A stretch of DNA of 64,000 nucleotides, taken from positions 13,022,001 through 13,086,000 of the forward strand of contig NC_087438.1 in NCBI RefSeq assembly GCF_036321535.1, read 5' to 3'. The notes beneath the pieces were generated by a model. It was not told the DNA's origin. It worked only from the letters and a program-made list of their open reading frames with translations, and did no database searches. Origin of the DNA: Camelus dromedarius. Its lineage: Eukaryota. Within the stretch, counting starts at the first letter, position 1, and each line of letters opens with the position of its first letter. The translations under genes were made by a program, and so were the position numbers. Below are positions 51,842 to 63,894 of the stretch, piece after piece.

Positions 51842-53228
51842 TATTCTCAAAAGTACTTGGAACTCTCCACTGTATTTTTCACATTTTGACCTTCCATCAT
51901 ATGCTTTTTGGAAAACATTTCCAAGTATTTAATTAAATGGCAACAAAATCTCAGCAGTTTACAGAACTAAGTTAACTCCTAAATCCAGAGTCCAAAGTCC
52001 AAAGTCTTTCTACCTCAATCACCAAGATTTCACATTGTCTTCTTGTGTTGTACTATTTTTCTCAGGCATATGTAAGGATGGACTATAAGTGTTACAGTGA
52101 AGGCATGAGAGTTTTCTTTTTTTCCTTTTGTTTTGAAAATCTCCAAAGTATATATACATCCATTTGTGTTATGATGTTCCAGAATGGCTACCCAATGCCA
52201 CATTTTTTGTAAGTCTTGTTTTCTGTTTCAGAAACATTTGAGAAAAAGGGGCTGTGGGGAGACATAATGAGGTAGGGACTGCCTGCGGGCATCGCTTCAT
52301 AAAGCAGGCTGGTTAAGAGAAACATATTTGAGAGTCCCTGCTTCAAAGCCCCTATGTGGGAGTAATTGATAGGCTAATGTAAATTCTAATTGCCATAAAC
52401 AAAATCAGCATAATTTAAGACATTTAAAAATATCTTACTACACTAACATACTTTACATCTATAATGACTTTTAGCTTTTTCTTCTTCTTTCTATATTTGC
52501 ATATTCACATATCTCTTCTGAAAACATATCCCACTGAAGGCATATTTCAAACTCAAATTTGTTTTTGTTTGTGGGATTTGAAAGATACAGCAATGACTGG
52601 GTCATAAATTTTGCCCTGTGATTGGATTCATCTTGTTTCCATGGTGATTAACAGGGAGCCCAGTTGCCAGCCTATTATATATAACTTACATGCAACACTG
52701 GAACTGGAGCCAGACTTTAGTTAACTGTACTTCTGCTGAAAAAAACTTAAATGTTGTTGTTCCTACTAAGGCCTGGCTTATTGAAATACTTAATAATAGC
52801 ACTTTTTCTTACTTTTTTTGTATCTACCCCACCACCTCCTCGCTAATAAGAGTAGGTGAGACCTTGATCCCCAGAAGACACCAGTTCCGTAAGAAGTCAG
52901 CTTTGCTTTGGAGGGAAAAAAATGATCTTCTAGTTTTTGGAGGGGAAAGGATGGATCAGACAGGAAGGTGATTAGAACGCATTAACAGGATAATATCATC
53001 CCATACTGCGATAAAAGGGTCATAGTTTCTGAATGCAACAGCTTCGGGGAATAAGATGTACATTCTTCTGCCTCTGTTTTTTAAAGAATTTCCCCTGAGC
53101 AATTCAAAATAGGAAACAAATTGTCAGAGCAGTCCATAAGACAAGGAGAATTTCATGCTCAGCATAGCATGTATATTTTATATTTCTCTCTGTTTTCTTT
53201 TAAACTCAACCAATGACTGTCTGATTTA

Positions 53229-53442
53229 CGTGGCACATCCGTTCAGGCTGCCGGTAGTGGTGAGCCCTGGGTGTAGGTAAGAAGGTGATGAGAGAATGTA
53301 AACAATAATGAAATTCATTATAATCTGTCTGATTTTAATTAGCACCATGAACTGGCAGTTTTGAACAATTGCAGAGATGAAACACACCTCTGTGCCAGGA
53401 TGGACAGCTCCCACCATCTGCACTGCCATCAACATACCACTG
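53229..53442 (+). mobile_element. hAT-Tip100 element (MER97-like)
   Basis: gccctgggtgtagg...aaacaataat...ttagcaccatgaactggcagttttgaacaat...cagctcccacc...taccactg. Confidence 0.6.
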
Positions 53443-53779
53443 ATTGAGGAATAATTGATACCAGTTCAATCTCTCTGGCCATTTGAAGCTTGAAGTCGAT
53501 TCATCAGGAAAGCTCCTGGGAGTGGTAGTCTCTGAGTCCTTTCACCTTCAAACATGCTTGTTTGTTTTCACAGCCTTCATAACTAAAGATAACATTGACT
53601 CGATGCAAAATTATTTAGCCACATTTTCTTTCCTATATTAACTTAAAGGTGCCAATTCATTGCTTTCTGGAATAGAGAGGTACTCGGAGACGCTGATGCC
53701 AATCTGAACTTCTTAGTCATAATTGCTTGGATGCCTAATTGATTTTTGGTTTTGGAAAGCTGATGATTTTTATATTTAC

Positions 53780-55600
53780 ACTTTTTAATTAATAGATTTT
53801 TTTGAGTAGTTTTAAGACTACAGAAAACTTGAAAGGAAAGAGCAGTTTCCTTCTCCCCACTCACTCTGCCCCTCTTACTGTCTCCCCTATTAACATCTTG
53901 CATTAGTGTGTGACATTTGTTATAATTGGTGAGTCAATATTGATAGATTATTATTACATGAGTGTCCATAGCTTACATGAGGCTTCACTTTTTGTATTGT
54001 ACATTCTATAGTTATTGACAAATGTATAATAACAGGTATCCACCATTACAGTATCACATAGTACAGTTTTAGTGCCCTAAAAATGCTCTCTGTTGTGTCT
54101 GTTCAATTGTCCCTTCTCCCCCGCCACTGATATTGTTACTGTCAGTGTAACTTTGTCTGTATGTGACTATTTCAGAATGGCTTCTTTCACTTAGCAATAG
54201 GCATTTAAGATCCCCCCATGTATTTTCATGATTTGAAACCTCGTTATCTTTTTAGTATTGAATAATATTCCATTGTCTGGATGTATCACTGTTTATCAGT
54301 TCACTTACTGAAGGACATCTTGATCGCTTCCAAATTTTTGACAAATATGAATAAAGTCCCTACAAACATTCATGTGCAGGTTTTTGCATGGACATAAAAT
54401 TTCAACCTTTTTGTGTATATACCAAGGAGAGAGATTACTAGATAACATACTAAGAGTATATTTTGCTTCGTAAGAAACCACCAAAGTGTCTTCCAAAGTG
54501 GCTGTACCATTTTGCATTCCCATTAGCAATAAATGAGAGTTCCTAATGTTCCACATGTTTGTCAGCATTTAGTGTTGTCAGTGTTTTGGATCTTAGCCAT
54601 GCTAATAGATTTTCAGTGGTATCCTGTTATTTTAATTTGCAATTTCCTAATGAAATGTGATGTTGAACACCTTTTAATTTGCTTATTTGCTATCTGTATA
54701 TCTTCTTGAAAAAGTATTTGTTCAGGTCGTCTATGAATTTTTTAAATTGAGTTGTTTATCTTCTTATGGTTAACTTTTTTAGACTTCTTTGTGTATTTGG
54801 ATATTAGTTCTTTAACAGATATGTGTTTTGCAAAGATTTTCTCTGTGTCTGAATTGTCTTATTCTCTCAACAATGTTTTTGCAAAGAAAAAGTTTTTAAT
54901 TTTAAAGAAATCTAACTTTTATTTTTTTTTACTTTCTTGATTTTTAGTTTTTGTATTTATTTTAAAAAATCATCCTCAAATCCAAGGTCATCTAGATTTT
55001 CTCCCACATTATCTTCCAGGAGTCTCATATTTTTGCATTTTATATTTAGGTTTGTGATCTATTTTGAGTTCATTTTTGTGAAGGCTGTAAGATCTCTGTC
55101 CAGATTCTTCTTCTTCTTCTTCTTTTTTTTTTTTTTTTTGCATGTGGATGTTTAGTTGCTACAGCACTATTTGTTGAAAAGGTACTCTGTTTTTCCATTG
55201 AATTATCTTTGCTCCTTATTAAAGATCAGTTGGCTGTATTGTGTAGGTCTATTTTTGGACAATTTTCTGTCCCACTGATCTATTTATCTAACTTTCACCA
55301 ATATCACACTGTCTTGACCACCATAGCTTCAAAAGAAATCTTGAAGTTGAGTAATTTCAGTCCACCCATGTTATTCTTCTCCAAGAATATTGAATTGACC
55401 CTCGTGGATGTTTTGCCTCTCCACATAAACTTTAAAATCTCTTTGTCGATCTTCACAAAAAAGCTTTCTAGGAATTTATTTGGAATTCGGTTAAATCTGT
55501 AGATCAATTTTGGAAAAACTGACATCTTGACAATACTGACTCTTCCTATCCATGTTCATGAAATATCTCTTTGTTTATTTGGATCTTAAATTGATTTTTA
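53780..55600 (-). mobile_element. L1MC1/2-like 3' portion (ORF2 C-terminus and 3'UTR)
   Basis: ORF 55304-55525 (MSVFPKLIYRFNRIP...EKNNMGGLKLLNFK) is an L1 ORF2p motif. 3'UTR contains ttaacatcttgcattagtgtg...acatttgttataattg. Confidence 0.92.
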
Positions 55601-55619
55601 AAAAATCTGATAGTTTTAC

Positions 55620-56880
55620 TAAAATAAGTTTCAGAATTTTCTGAGGTATACAGTCTGTGTTTTAAATATTTAGTTAATTATTGTTATTATTTTATGAACA
55701 TTCCATGGAACAGTAGTTTTTAGTATGAGCCTGTTCCATCGCTTTGGTTTTATATTTTTGAACTGCTGGTCAATGTGTGATGGTCCCTTTGTCTGGCTTC
55801 TATAGCTATTGCTTTCTCTTGAATTCACTTTTATTCCTCTCCATTTATTTTTAAATTTCAAGAGTGATTCTTCCCATCTTATATAACTAAACCAGTATCC
55901 ATTATATTTGCTCTTGTGCTTTTTCTAATTTTTGTCTTGACTTCTGAATTTTGTTTTCTTTTACTGGTTTTCTGAGTTTTGTGTCCCCTCTTCTTACCTG
56001 ATTTTTCACATCAACATCCCCATTTTGAGTTTTTTAAAAAATCTGATTTATCTTATTTCTTGATAGTTTCTATTATTTTTAATGACTTGAACCCACTTTA
56101 AAATTTAGGCCACTTTTATTTTGTGGCTTTGTCTTTCTAAAGTGTTTTATTTTCTATGGAGACATTGTTATGCCTGATTATCTGTATACAGAATTTGTTT
56201 GCAGCTACTTTTGTTAAGGATTTTAAGTGAAATATGTTCTTCTGTTCCTTTAGTTGGGAGGAAAGGGGCAAGATAACATTTCCATTTCTATTGCCCTAGA
56301 ATTCTCTTATATTATTTTCATTAAGTAACCAGTCAAGGAAAAAAAGTACTTCTTACTTTCTGAGATCTGCCTTATCTGCTTCTTCCCTCACTTCCATCTG
56401 TACCTTCTGTTCCGTTTGTCCTGGTGAGTTTACGTATCATTTTCCTTTGAGACTAAGCTTTATTCTGGAAGAAAGATTCAGATTACTAGTTTCTAAAGTG
56501 CCTGGAGCTCAGACTGCTTTCAGATTATGCTAGAATCCCCTCGCATTTAATTTGCCAACTGAATTCTCCTGAAGCTCCTCCTAATTTCAGCTGCTTAGAG
56601 GTGTTTGTGTGCTCACAGAAGATGGCTTCTCGTCTCCCATCCGTCAGGTACCGCTTTGCTTTCCTTTGCCTCCTCGTGCACGTAGACTCACAGCACATGG
56701 GTCTTGCAGCTGCCCTGCTGTGCCTCCACCTGCCCGTATGCTGTAAAGTCTTCTTGTAGACATTATCTTTATTTGTTTGTTTTTTTTTTTAAATTTTGCA
56801 ATGCTACGTGTTCTGCCTATTTTTATTGGGAGATTAAGGAGTTTCAGAAACCATGCCACTCTTGCCACCATCTTCCCCAA
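55620..56880 (-). mobile_element. Old L1/HAL1 5' region, probably continuous with 53450-53775
   Basis: T-rich antisense L1-type sequence ending tgccaccatctt, the reverse of a typical L1 5' aagatgg motif. Confidence 0.5.
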
Positions 56881-56974
56881 ACTCATAGACTTTGCAATAC
56901 TCTTTAAATGCTCTGTGGCTCTAACTGGATGACACCCTCACTACTTTGCACTCTTTTCTCAGTAGGTGGCATTT

Positions 56975-57740
56975 ATTAATTCACTCCTTCAAGAAATATT
57001 TTTTGAGTGCCAGGCATTTTTTAGGCACCGGAGACTTAGTAGAGAGCAAAACTCATCAACTTTATATTGTAACTGTGGGGAATAGAAAAGAAGAAAACAA
57101 ACAGGCGTCTGCACGTATGTCAGAGAGTGATGAGTGTCATGAAGAAAAAAGAGAAAACCGGGTGTGCAGAACTGGGACTAGAGGGAGAAAAAAAGAGCTT
57201 ATTATTTTAAGTAGGGTAGGCAGGACAGATCTCTCTGTGATAGTTTTATATTTAAAGAGAGACTTAACAAAAGTGAGAGAAGAAGATCTGCAGCTCCCTG
57301 GGTGCACCGTGAGAGAATATTTCAAGTAGAGGAATTAGTAAGCCAAAATTCCCCGAGGCTAGTGCATTCCTAAAGAACAATAAAACAGCAAAATATCCAG
57401 TAGGGATGAAGACAGTTGAGTGCAGGGGAAAAAAGCCATAGACATCAATGTGTAAATCAGAGGGTGTCACAAGTCATTACAAGGATTTTGGATACTTTCC
57501 TGAATGAGATGGGAAGCTACTGTAGAGCTTTGTGCAGATTAATTACATGATTTGGCTGATATATTAAAAAAAGGATTAGCAGTTCTTGGGAGAATGCACT
57601 TAGAATGCAAAGGCAGAAGCAATATAGAGGCTTATAAGGCTTGGGTGAGAGCGGAGTGAGAAATAAAAGAGATGGTAACAAGCGATGAGACTCAAGGTAT
57701 ATTTTGAAGGTAGCAAGTTTAAGATGGTGATCTTGATCTG
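56975..57740 (-). mobile_element. LINE2 (L2a-like) 3' portion
   Basis: aaatatttttttgagtgccaggcattttttaggcac...tgaatgagatgggaagctactgtagagctttg...atattttgaaggtag. Confidence 0.85.
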
Positions 57741-58632
57741 AGAAAGCACAGCTGAGTGTTACACCTTTATATCCAAATCCCATGTGGAAATCCTCAAACA
57801 GTCTGTATGAATGCTAGACAATTTCCGGTCCCTGTTCTTACATCCATTTGAATCACTCGATTACTCCAGAATAAAAAAGAACAATAATTGTTATCCTTAC
57901 CTTGCATCATTTGGAATAAGTTTAAAAGATAACTTAATAACTATCCCAGCAACTCTTCTCACATCCTGTTTTCTTTCCTCTGAACTGTTACCATATCTAC
58001 AAAGCTTAGAGGCCTCTCATTTTCCAAGCTCTCAAAAAGCTCTGTCTCCTTTCCCAGCTCAAGCAGGCTTCCTCTTTCTCTCTTCCTTCTCTCCTGTCAA
58101 CTCTTTCCTATGTAAATAACTACAGCTCCTTCACCAAGTGCTTTCCCCTCCACTAGCCTTTTTACCTTGTGGTCCCTTCTGTCTGCTGATAATGCATTTC
58201 TGCAGCACCGAAGAGAACACAGTTGGAGGTCGGGAAGAAGGGAAGAGATGTACGGAGGAAAATGAGGGGAACCAAAGTAAGTAAAATCTTACTTTTCTTT
58301 ATCCAGTGGCTGGAGATGTAGCAGAAATGTTGCTTAGGAATCATCTCCCGGTTTCCTTTCCTCTTTAATTTACTCTGTCATAGTCTTTCTGTGTGGCACG
58401 AGAGAATAATTCATGGTCATCTAACAACTAAAGAAACTAAAGTAATTTTGCTACCCTCAAAACCACCTCATAATGGACTTTTGGGAGAAAAAAAGTGACA
58501 TTCTGAAATGCTGGCCAAAGACACTGTATGAAATGAGTTTAAAAAGATTAGGGAATATATGTAACTCTGCAGTAATGACATCTCTGTCATCCTCTCATTC
58601 TGCTCCTATAAGCCATTTATTAATTGTGTTAT

Positions 58633-59035
58633 ATGTGGAATCTTAAAAAAAAATGATACAAATAAACTTATTTACAAAACGAAAACAGACATAAAAAAAC
58701 AAACTTATAGTTACCAAAGGGGAAAGGGGTGGGAGGGATAAATTAAGAATTTGGGATTAGTAAATACAAACTAATATATATAAAATAGATAAACAACAAG
58801 GCCCTACTGTATAGCACAGGGAACTATATTCATTATCTTGTAATAACCTGTAATGGAAAAGAATCTGAAAAGGAATATAAATATAACTCAGTTATATATA
58901 TAATTATAAAATATATATGAATATATAAAATGTATACTATGTATAATTCCGTTATACATATGTATCACTGAATCACTATGCTCTACACCGGAAACTAACA
59001 CAACATTATAAATTAACTATACTTCAGTAAAAAGA
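58633..59035 (+). mobile_element. 5'-truncated cetartiodactyl-type L1 3' end
   Basis: atatgtggaatct...ctactgtatagcacagggaactatattca...aactatacttca plus A tail. TSD AATTGTGTTAT (58622-58632) / AAATGTGTTAT (59036-59046). Confidence 0.92.
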
Positions 59036-59079
59036 AAATGTGTTATCAACAGGTTCTAAGATGAAGGGACAGATAGTTT

Positions 59080-59629
59080 TGTTATCCCAAAAGGGAAGGG
59101 GAGAAAGACCCCAGTTCTTGTCTTACCCAAAAGAGAAGAATTCAGATGGGAGATGGAAGCGTTCTGTAGCAAAAGATTTTAAAGGTTTTATTAGCAAACG
59201 GAAAGTACACCTCCAAGAATGGGAGGCAGGCTGATCCAAGGGTAGATAATAACCGTCTTTGCTTGCCCCTTCTCTTACACCCTCACTTAGAGATGGTCTC
59301 CTGATTGACTGAAGGCTCTTGCCCCTGGAGTGCTTAGTCATGCTCATCCCCTTTTGTATATCCTTCCCGGTGATGCACACAGAAAACCCATGGAGGGACC
59401 TAAGCCGCAGTGCTGATTATATTACAACGAGCATTGTGTCGCGTCCGGGTAGGTCACTGTTGCTACATGCAGTCGTGGCCATAGGGTTCTAACCAGTTTC
59501 TTGCTGGCACTCATTTAGAGGACGTAAAGCCCCTTTACCCTGAGGGCAGGCAGACCGCCATCTTCGGTACCATGCTCCCTCACCTCCACCTTATCTGCCC
59601 GGTGCCCCTACTTACCTAACTACCTAACA
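59080..59629 (-). mobile_element. Class I ERV solo LTR
   Basis: TGTTA...TAACA termini, minus-strand AATAAA at ~59187-59192, TSD-like GTTT/TTTT, several retained CpGs. Confidence 0.85.
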
Positions 59630-59879
59630 TTTTTAGAAGAACAAGAGGGAGCGGGGTTGCATCTTTGCTCTTTAGATCCTCTCAGGCCAAATCTTAGGAA
59701 GGACTGAAAGTTAAGAAATATGAGATGATATTTTTTGAAGGCAGAGGTCTCCAAGAGAGGATCCCATTATACTCTGGGAAAATTTTGAAAACAGAGGGCA
59801 CTGCTAGTTCTCTCAAGATAAGAACTGAGAAAAATGTAGCAGTGTCTTCCCAGGGAGGAGATGGTAGGAATGGCTTTAT

Positions 59880-60205
59880 GAACCGTCTGCAGGAAGGAAA
59901 GAAGCGAGTGTTCCGACCAGAGGCCTCGTGGATGAGGAGAGTGACATTCACCAGGAAGGGGACACGGCTTGTACTGCAGATTGATGTCAGCTTAGACCTT
60001 ATCTGAAAGTAGATGGCCCAGGAGTCACACACACCACTTGAGCTCCTTCTGCCAAGACTTACTCAAATGCCTAGTTACATTTGTATGCTCTCAGCTACAA
60101 AGAGATCATGAAATGCAATTTCTAGATGGACAGTTGACATACCAATATAATTCTTGAGTCCTACTTCTTAAAAAATAAAAGGGCAATAGACACTAACGAG
60201 ATTTT
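59880..60205 (-). mobile_element. Old MLT1-like LTR fragment
   Basis: agttacat...cagctacaaagagatcatgaaatgc...aaagggcaatagacact, a reverse MLT1J-type pattern. Confidence 0.5.
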
Positions 60206-60228
60206 TACCCAAGTCCTCCACAGACAGG

Positions 60229-60707
60229 TATTGACTGAAGTAAATGTACAGCCTAAACGTTGAGAGTTATGTTTTATTTGGCAGGAGGACTCGAGCCGGG
60301 ATGACAGCCTCTCAGATCGCTCTGAGGGACCACTCCCAAGAGGTAGGGGAGGAGCTAGGATGTATAGGAGCTTTACAACAAAGACCAGGTAGTTCGAACA
60401 TTTAAAGATTCCTTGTTATCTAAAGAAAACCAGGCATCTCAAGTTAAATAATTTAGTGCTTTTCTATGTACGGGAGGAAGCAAACATTTGGGCTCATTGA
60501 ATTCATTCCTTTGACAAGCACCTAGCTATCTAGGGCCAGTGTCCTGTCTTTTCTTATTCTGAGTCCCCTCAGGGTGCAGCATTGTGTGTAGCTGCAGAGG
60601 CCGGGCTGCAGGCTTGTCTTCACTGAGGGGAGGCGGCAGCCGCAGATGACTTGATGGTTTCAGCATTCTTTGTTTACTGATACGGTTTGCAGTATTTTTC
60701 ATTCACA
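60229..60707 (-). mobile_element. Class I ERV solo LTR related to the LTR at 48190-48659
   Basis: Minus strand starts TGTGAATG; AATAAA (plus strand tttatt ~60274-60279). Shares motifs with 48190-48659, e.g. actggccctagatagctaggt. Confidence 0.85.
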
Positions 60708-62479
60708 AGAAAATGGAGACTTTCATGGATAATGTCCAGTACCAGTCTGGTAGCTTTGCTAGGCAGAGCCATACTCCTTGAATGCTGAGATGGACAATTG
60801 TTTCAAATGTAGAGTGAATCTGTACTTGAACTCGATCAAAACCAAGTCCTGGAGCACCATGAAAAAACTCCATTGCGCAAAAGCTCAGGCTATTCTGTTC
60901 AGTTTTATTGCCCATTCCCAGAGTGAAAATCTTCTTTGAAAGGGCTGGGTCCTTACAGAGGAAGGTCTGTTCTTTCTCATCAGAGAGCAAGCTGAGTATA
61001 AGATATGAAGAGACAGATGATGTGAGAACTTCCCATGAATGATAGAAGAAGGCAAATGTTCTGAACGACCAGAAAGCGAAGGTGAGTCATTGCTTTCATA
61101 TGAGAATTGCTGACAGCATTAAAATCCCTGTGGTATTTGTAGAAATGTCTGTAGAAATGAGGGCAAGAGGAGAAAATGGGCCTTCCAAACTATCATCCAC
61201 TTTAGATTGGCTTAATGCCTTTTAACTTGATAGCTGGAGAATTCTTTAAAAGTATTTGAGCTAAGAAATCTAGTCCTGATGTAATTACTCTGCCTCACAA
61301 ATTTGCCAGGGTTTCAAGTTCTGTCCAGAATGTCTGTCAGTCTGCCATCTCTAAGAGGTCGTGTTCACTTACACAGTCAAATCCACATCCATATCACAGG
61401 AATCACGAAGGGGCCACAGCAAGGGCATATGCAGTTCATTTTTTTTTATTATGAAAAATGGGGGAAAGATACTCAGGCACAACTAGAAATCTCTTCTCTA
61501 GATGTAAATACCCAGCAGTAAAAAAGGGAAAAATAATTTATTATCCATTCAGTAGAATAAACTAGTTCGTATCCATTTGTAAAAGAATAACATCATGAAT
61601 TTTTTTGTATTTTTTTATTGATGGGATAAATAAAGGATAAAAAAAATTATTCAAAATGAAAACTCAATTAGAATGCTGTAGAGAGTGAGGAGAAGAGAGA
61701 GAAAAGAAGACAGAGAGAAAGAAATGTCATCGGAGGTTAAATCTGGATAGTAGAATTTTAGATCTATCTAATATTTAATTCTCCTCTTTGGTGAGAATGA
61801 AGTGCTTCTTTTGTATTGGAAATGATCAATGAATGCTTCTTTAAATCTTCTGTCTCTGCCTTTCACGGACATATTTGTTCAACAGACAACATTTTTAAAT
61901 GGAAATGTAAGCTTATTTTAGCATGTCTTCCTCATCCTATTTTTTTTTTTATTCCTTGGCTCAGAAGTAGTAACACATGAATATTTCATGTCAATTTGGG
62001 GGCAATTTTTACTTCTGCAATAGCTTTCCTGTCTGATAACTTGACATCTATAATTTTGGACATTAGAGCAACTATATGACACTTTAAACAAAGCTCACTA
62101 AAACATACATAGCCATGGTGCTGGCCAAAAGCAAACAGATGAATCAAATGAGAAAGGGAAAAGGAAGAGATACATGAATATCAAAGTGAAATAAATATAC
62201 CTAAATTAGAGAGACTTTAAATCCACTTTTTATAGCTGTGACTACATTGGCAGAAACTGAATGATTTAAATGTTCAGGATCCATTGATACATTTTCAGAC
62301 TTCAAATGCCATTTGTTTTGAACTCACACACACAGTGACCTTACATTATTTTTTTCCCCTCTGATTAGGAGGGACATGGTTATCTCACTAATAGAAATGT
62401 GGTCTGTGAGAGTATCCTGGCTAATAGATAATTCCCATGCTACCCAAATACTTAAGTGAATTTGAAGCATGTGTTCAGC

Positions 62480-63051
62480 TTGAAAGCCATTTGGATAACG
62501 CAACCAACCACACACAACTGTTGGGGCATTACCCAAAGGAAAATGCAGAAAATGAAATTGTTGGCAAAGATAATCACTGTGAGTTGAGTGCAGGGTCTGA
62601 GAGCAGGAGGCTTTCCGGAATACCACACTGTCTATTGTGAGCAAGTAAAGAAAAGATGTTTTAAATTTGGAACAAAGTGGCCATTGTCTAAGATCCCTTA
62701 GTGAATTGGGTAATAAAAGTATAGAGGCTTTTATTTTATTAAGGTCACCAAAAAATTATAACCCGGGAGAGCTGGCTCAGTGGGCAGAGTTGGAGGTGTT
62801 TTACAAGTGATAATCCTGTGGTGTAGAATGACGTTTTTTGGACTAGGTAATACTGTTGTGCTTCCTCTGAGTGTTCCTTTGTTTTGTGTTAGAAAGAAGC
62901 AGTAGAGAAGATGGAGAGACAGCATAACAGGATCAGGGGTATTGAATTCGAAAACGATACTATCATCCTCACTATGGTGGAAAGTGAAGAATCAGAACAC
63001 CGAATGCCGAAAAGAGAGGTGATGTATGAATCCAGGATGTATCCACTCTGA
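62480..63051 (+). mobile_element. Possible CR1/L3 ORF2 remnant
   Basis: Frame 62893-63051 (KEAVEKMERQHNRIRGIE) resembles CR1 ORF2 KKDVEKLERVQRRATKMIRGLE. Upstream GKC..VGKDN..GSE loosely resembles KCKVMHIGKNN..GSEL. Confidence 0.4.
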
Positions 63052-63251
63052 GAATTCTGGTTAAAAGGAGTGAGTGTGTGAAATGAAAATAATCTAGTAG
63101 AGGCGTTCTTAACCAAGGCACACAGACTTGGAAAAGGTGTTGTTTTGTAAATCTTGATTGATACAAGATATTTGGATTTTACCAAAACTAAATTAGAACT
63201 CTACATTCAGATCATATCAGCTTTTTGAAGTAAAACACTAGTAGGGTGGCC

Positions 63252-63894
63252 TGTTAGAGCAGGCAGATAGCTAGATATGAGCAGAGATAGGGGGACACAG
63301 ACCAAATGGCAGGGATTGGGCAGAAAGGAGGGGCACAGGCCAAATGCAGGAACCCACACATCGTGTAAGCAGCAGGGATCCTTGGGCAGAGAAAGAAAAG
63401 CAGGATCCTTGGGGCTGATAAGGGATCATGCCTTTTAGGGTGACAAGTGGCCTGGAGAAGAACAAAGAAAGGTGAGAAAAGGCAGGAATTTCTTGTGTCC
63501 GAATGTAACCTTTTGCTCATTATGCCCTCATTTCAATAAAATTAGCCTTGCAGATCAGAAGTACCCATCATGCACCGATGCCATGACACTTCTCAACCAG
63601 ACTAAATAAGGACAAAAATCCCTCCTCCCTTTGGGAAGGGATGGAGGATGATGACCCCAAACCCTTCCCTCCCCAATGAATATTCTGCCCATTCATTTTT
63701 ATACCCTATGTAGCTAACTTGCCAAAGAAACTCAGGGCAGCTACTCACCTGAGCCTGCCTGCTCTCCCCTGAGAGTGTACTATCCATCCTTTAATAAATC
63801 CTCACTTCAACTTTTTTAACCACTACGTCTTATCTCTGAATTCTTTCTGAGACGGGACAAGAACCTGGAACTCCGGTTGCATCTGTCGGCAACA
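63252..63894 (+). mobile_element. Relatively young class I ERV solo LTR (MER50-like start)
   Basis: TGTT...AACA termini, perfect TSD GGCC (63248-63251, 63895-63898), U3 direct repeats, AATAAA at ~63793-63798. Confidence 0.92.

Noticed and set aside
54305..55525. ORFs 55304-55525 and 54305-54568 as genes
   Set aside because: They are fragments or off-frame readings of a decayed L1 ORF2.
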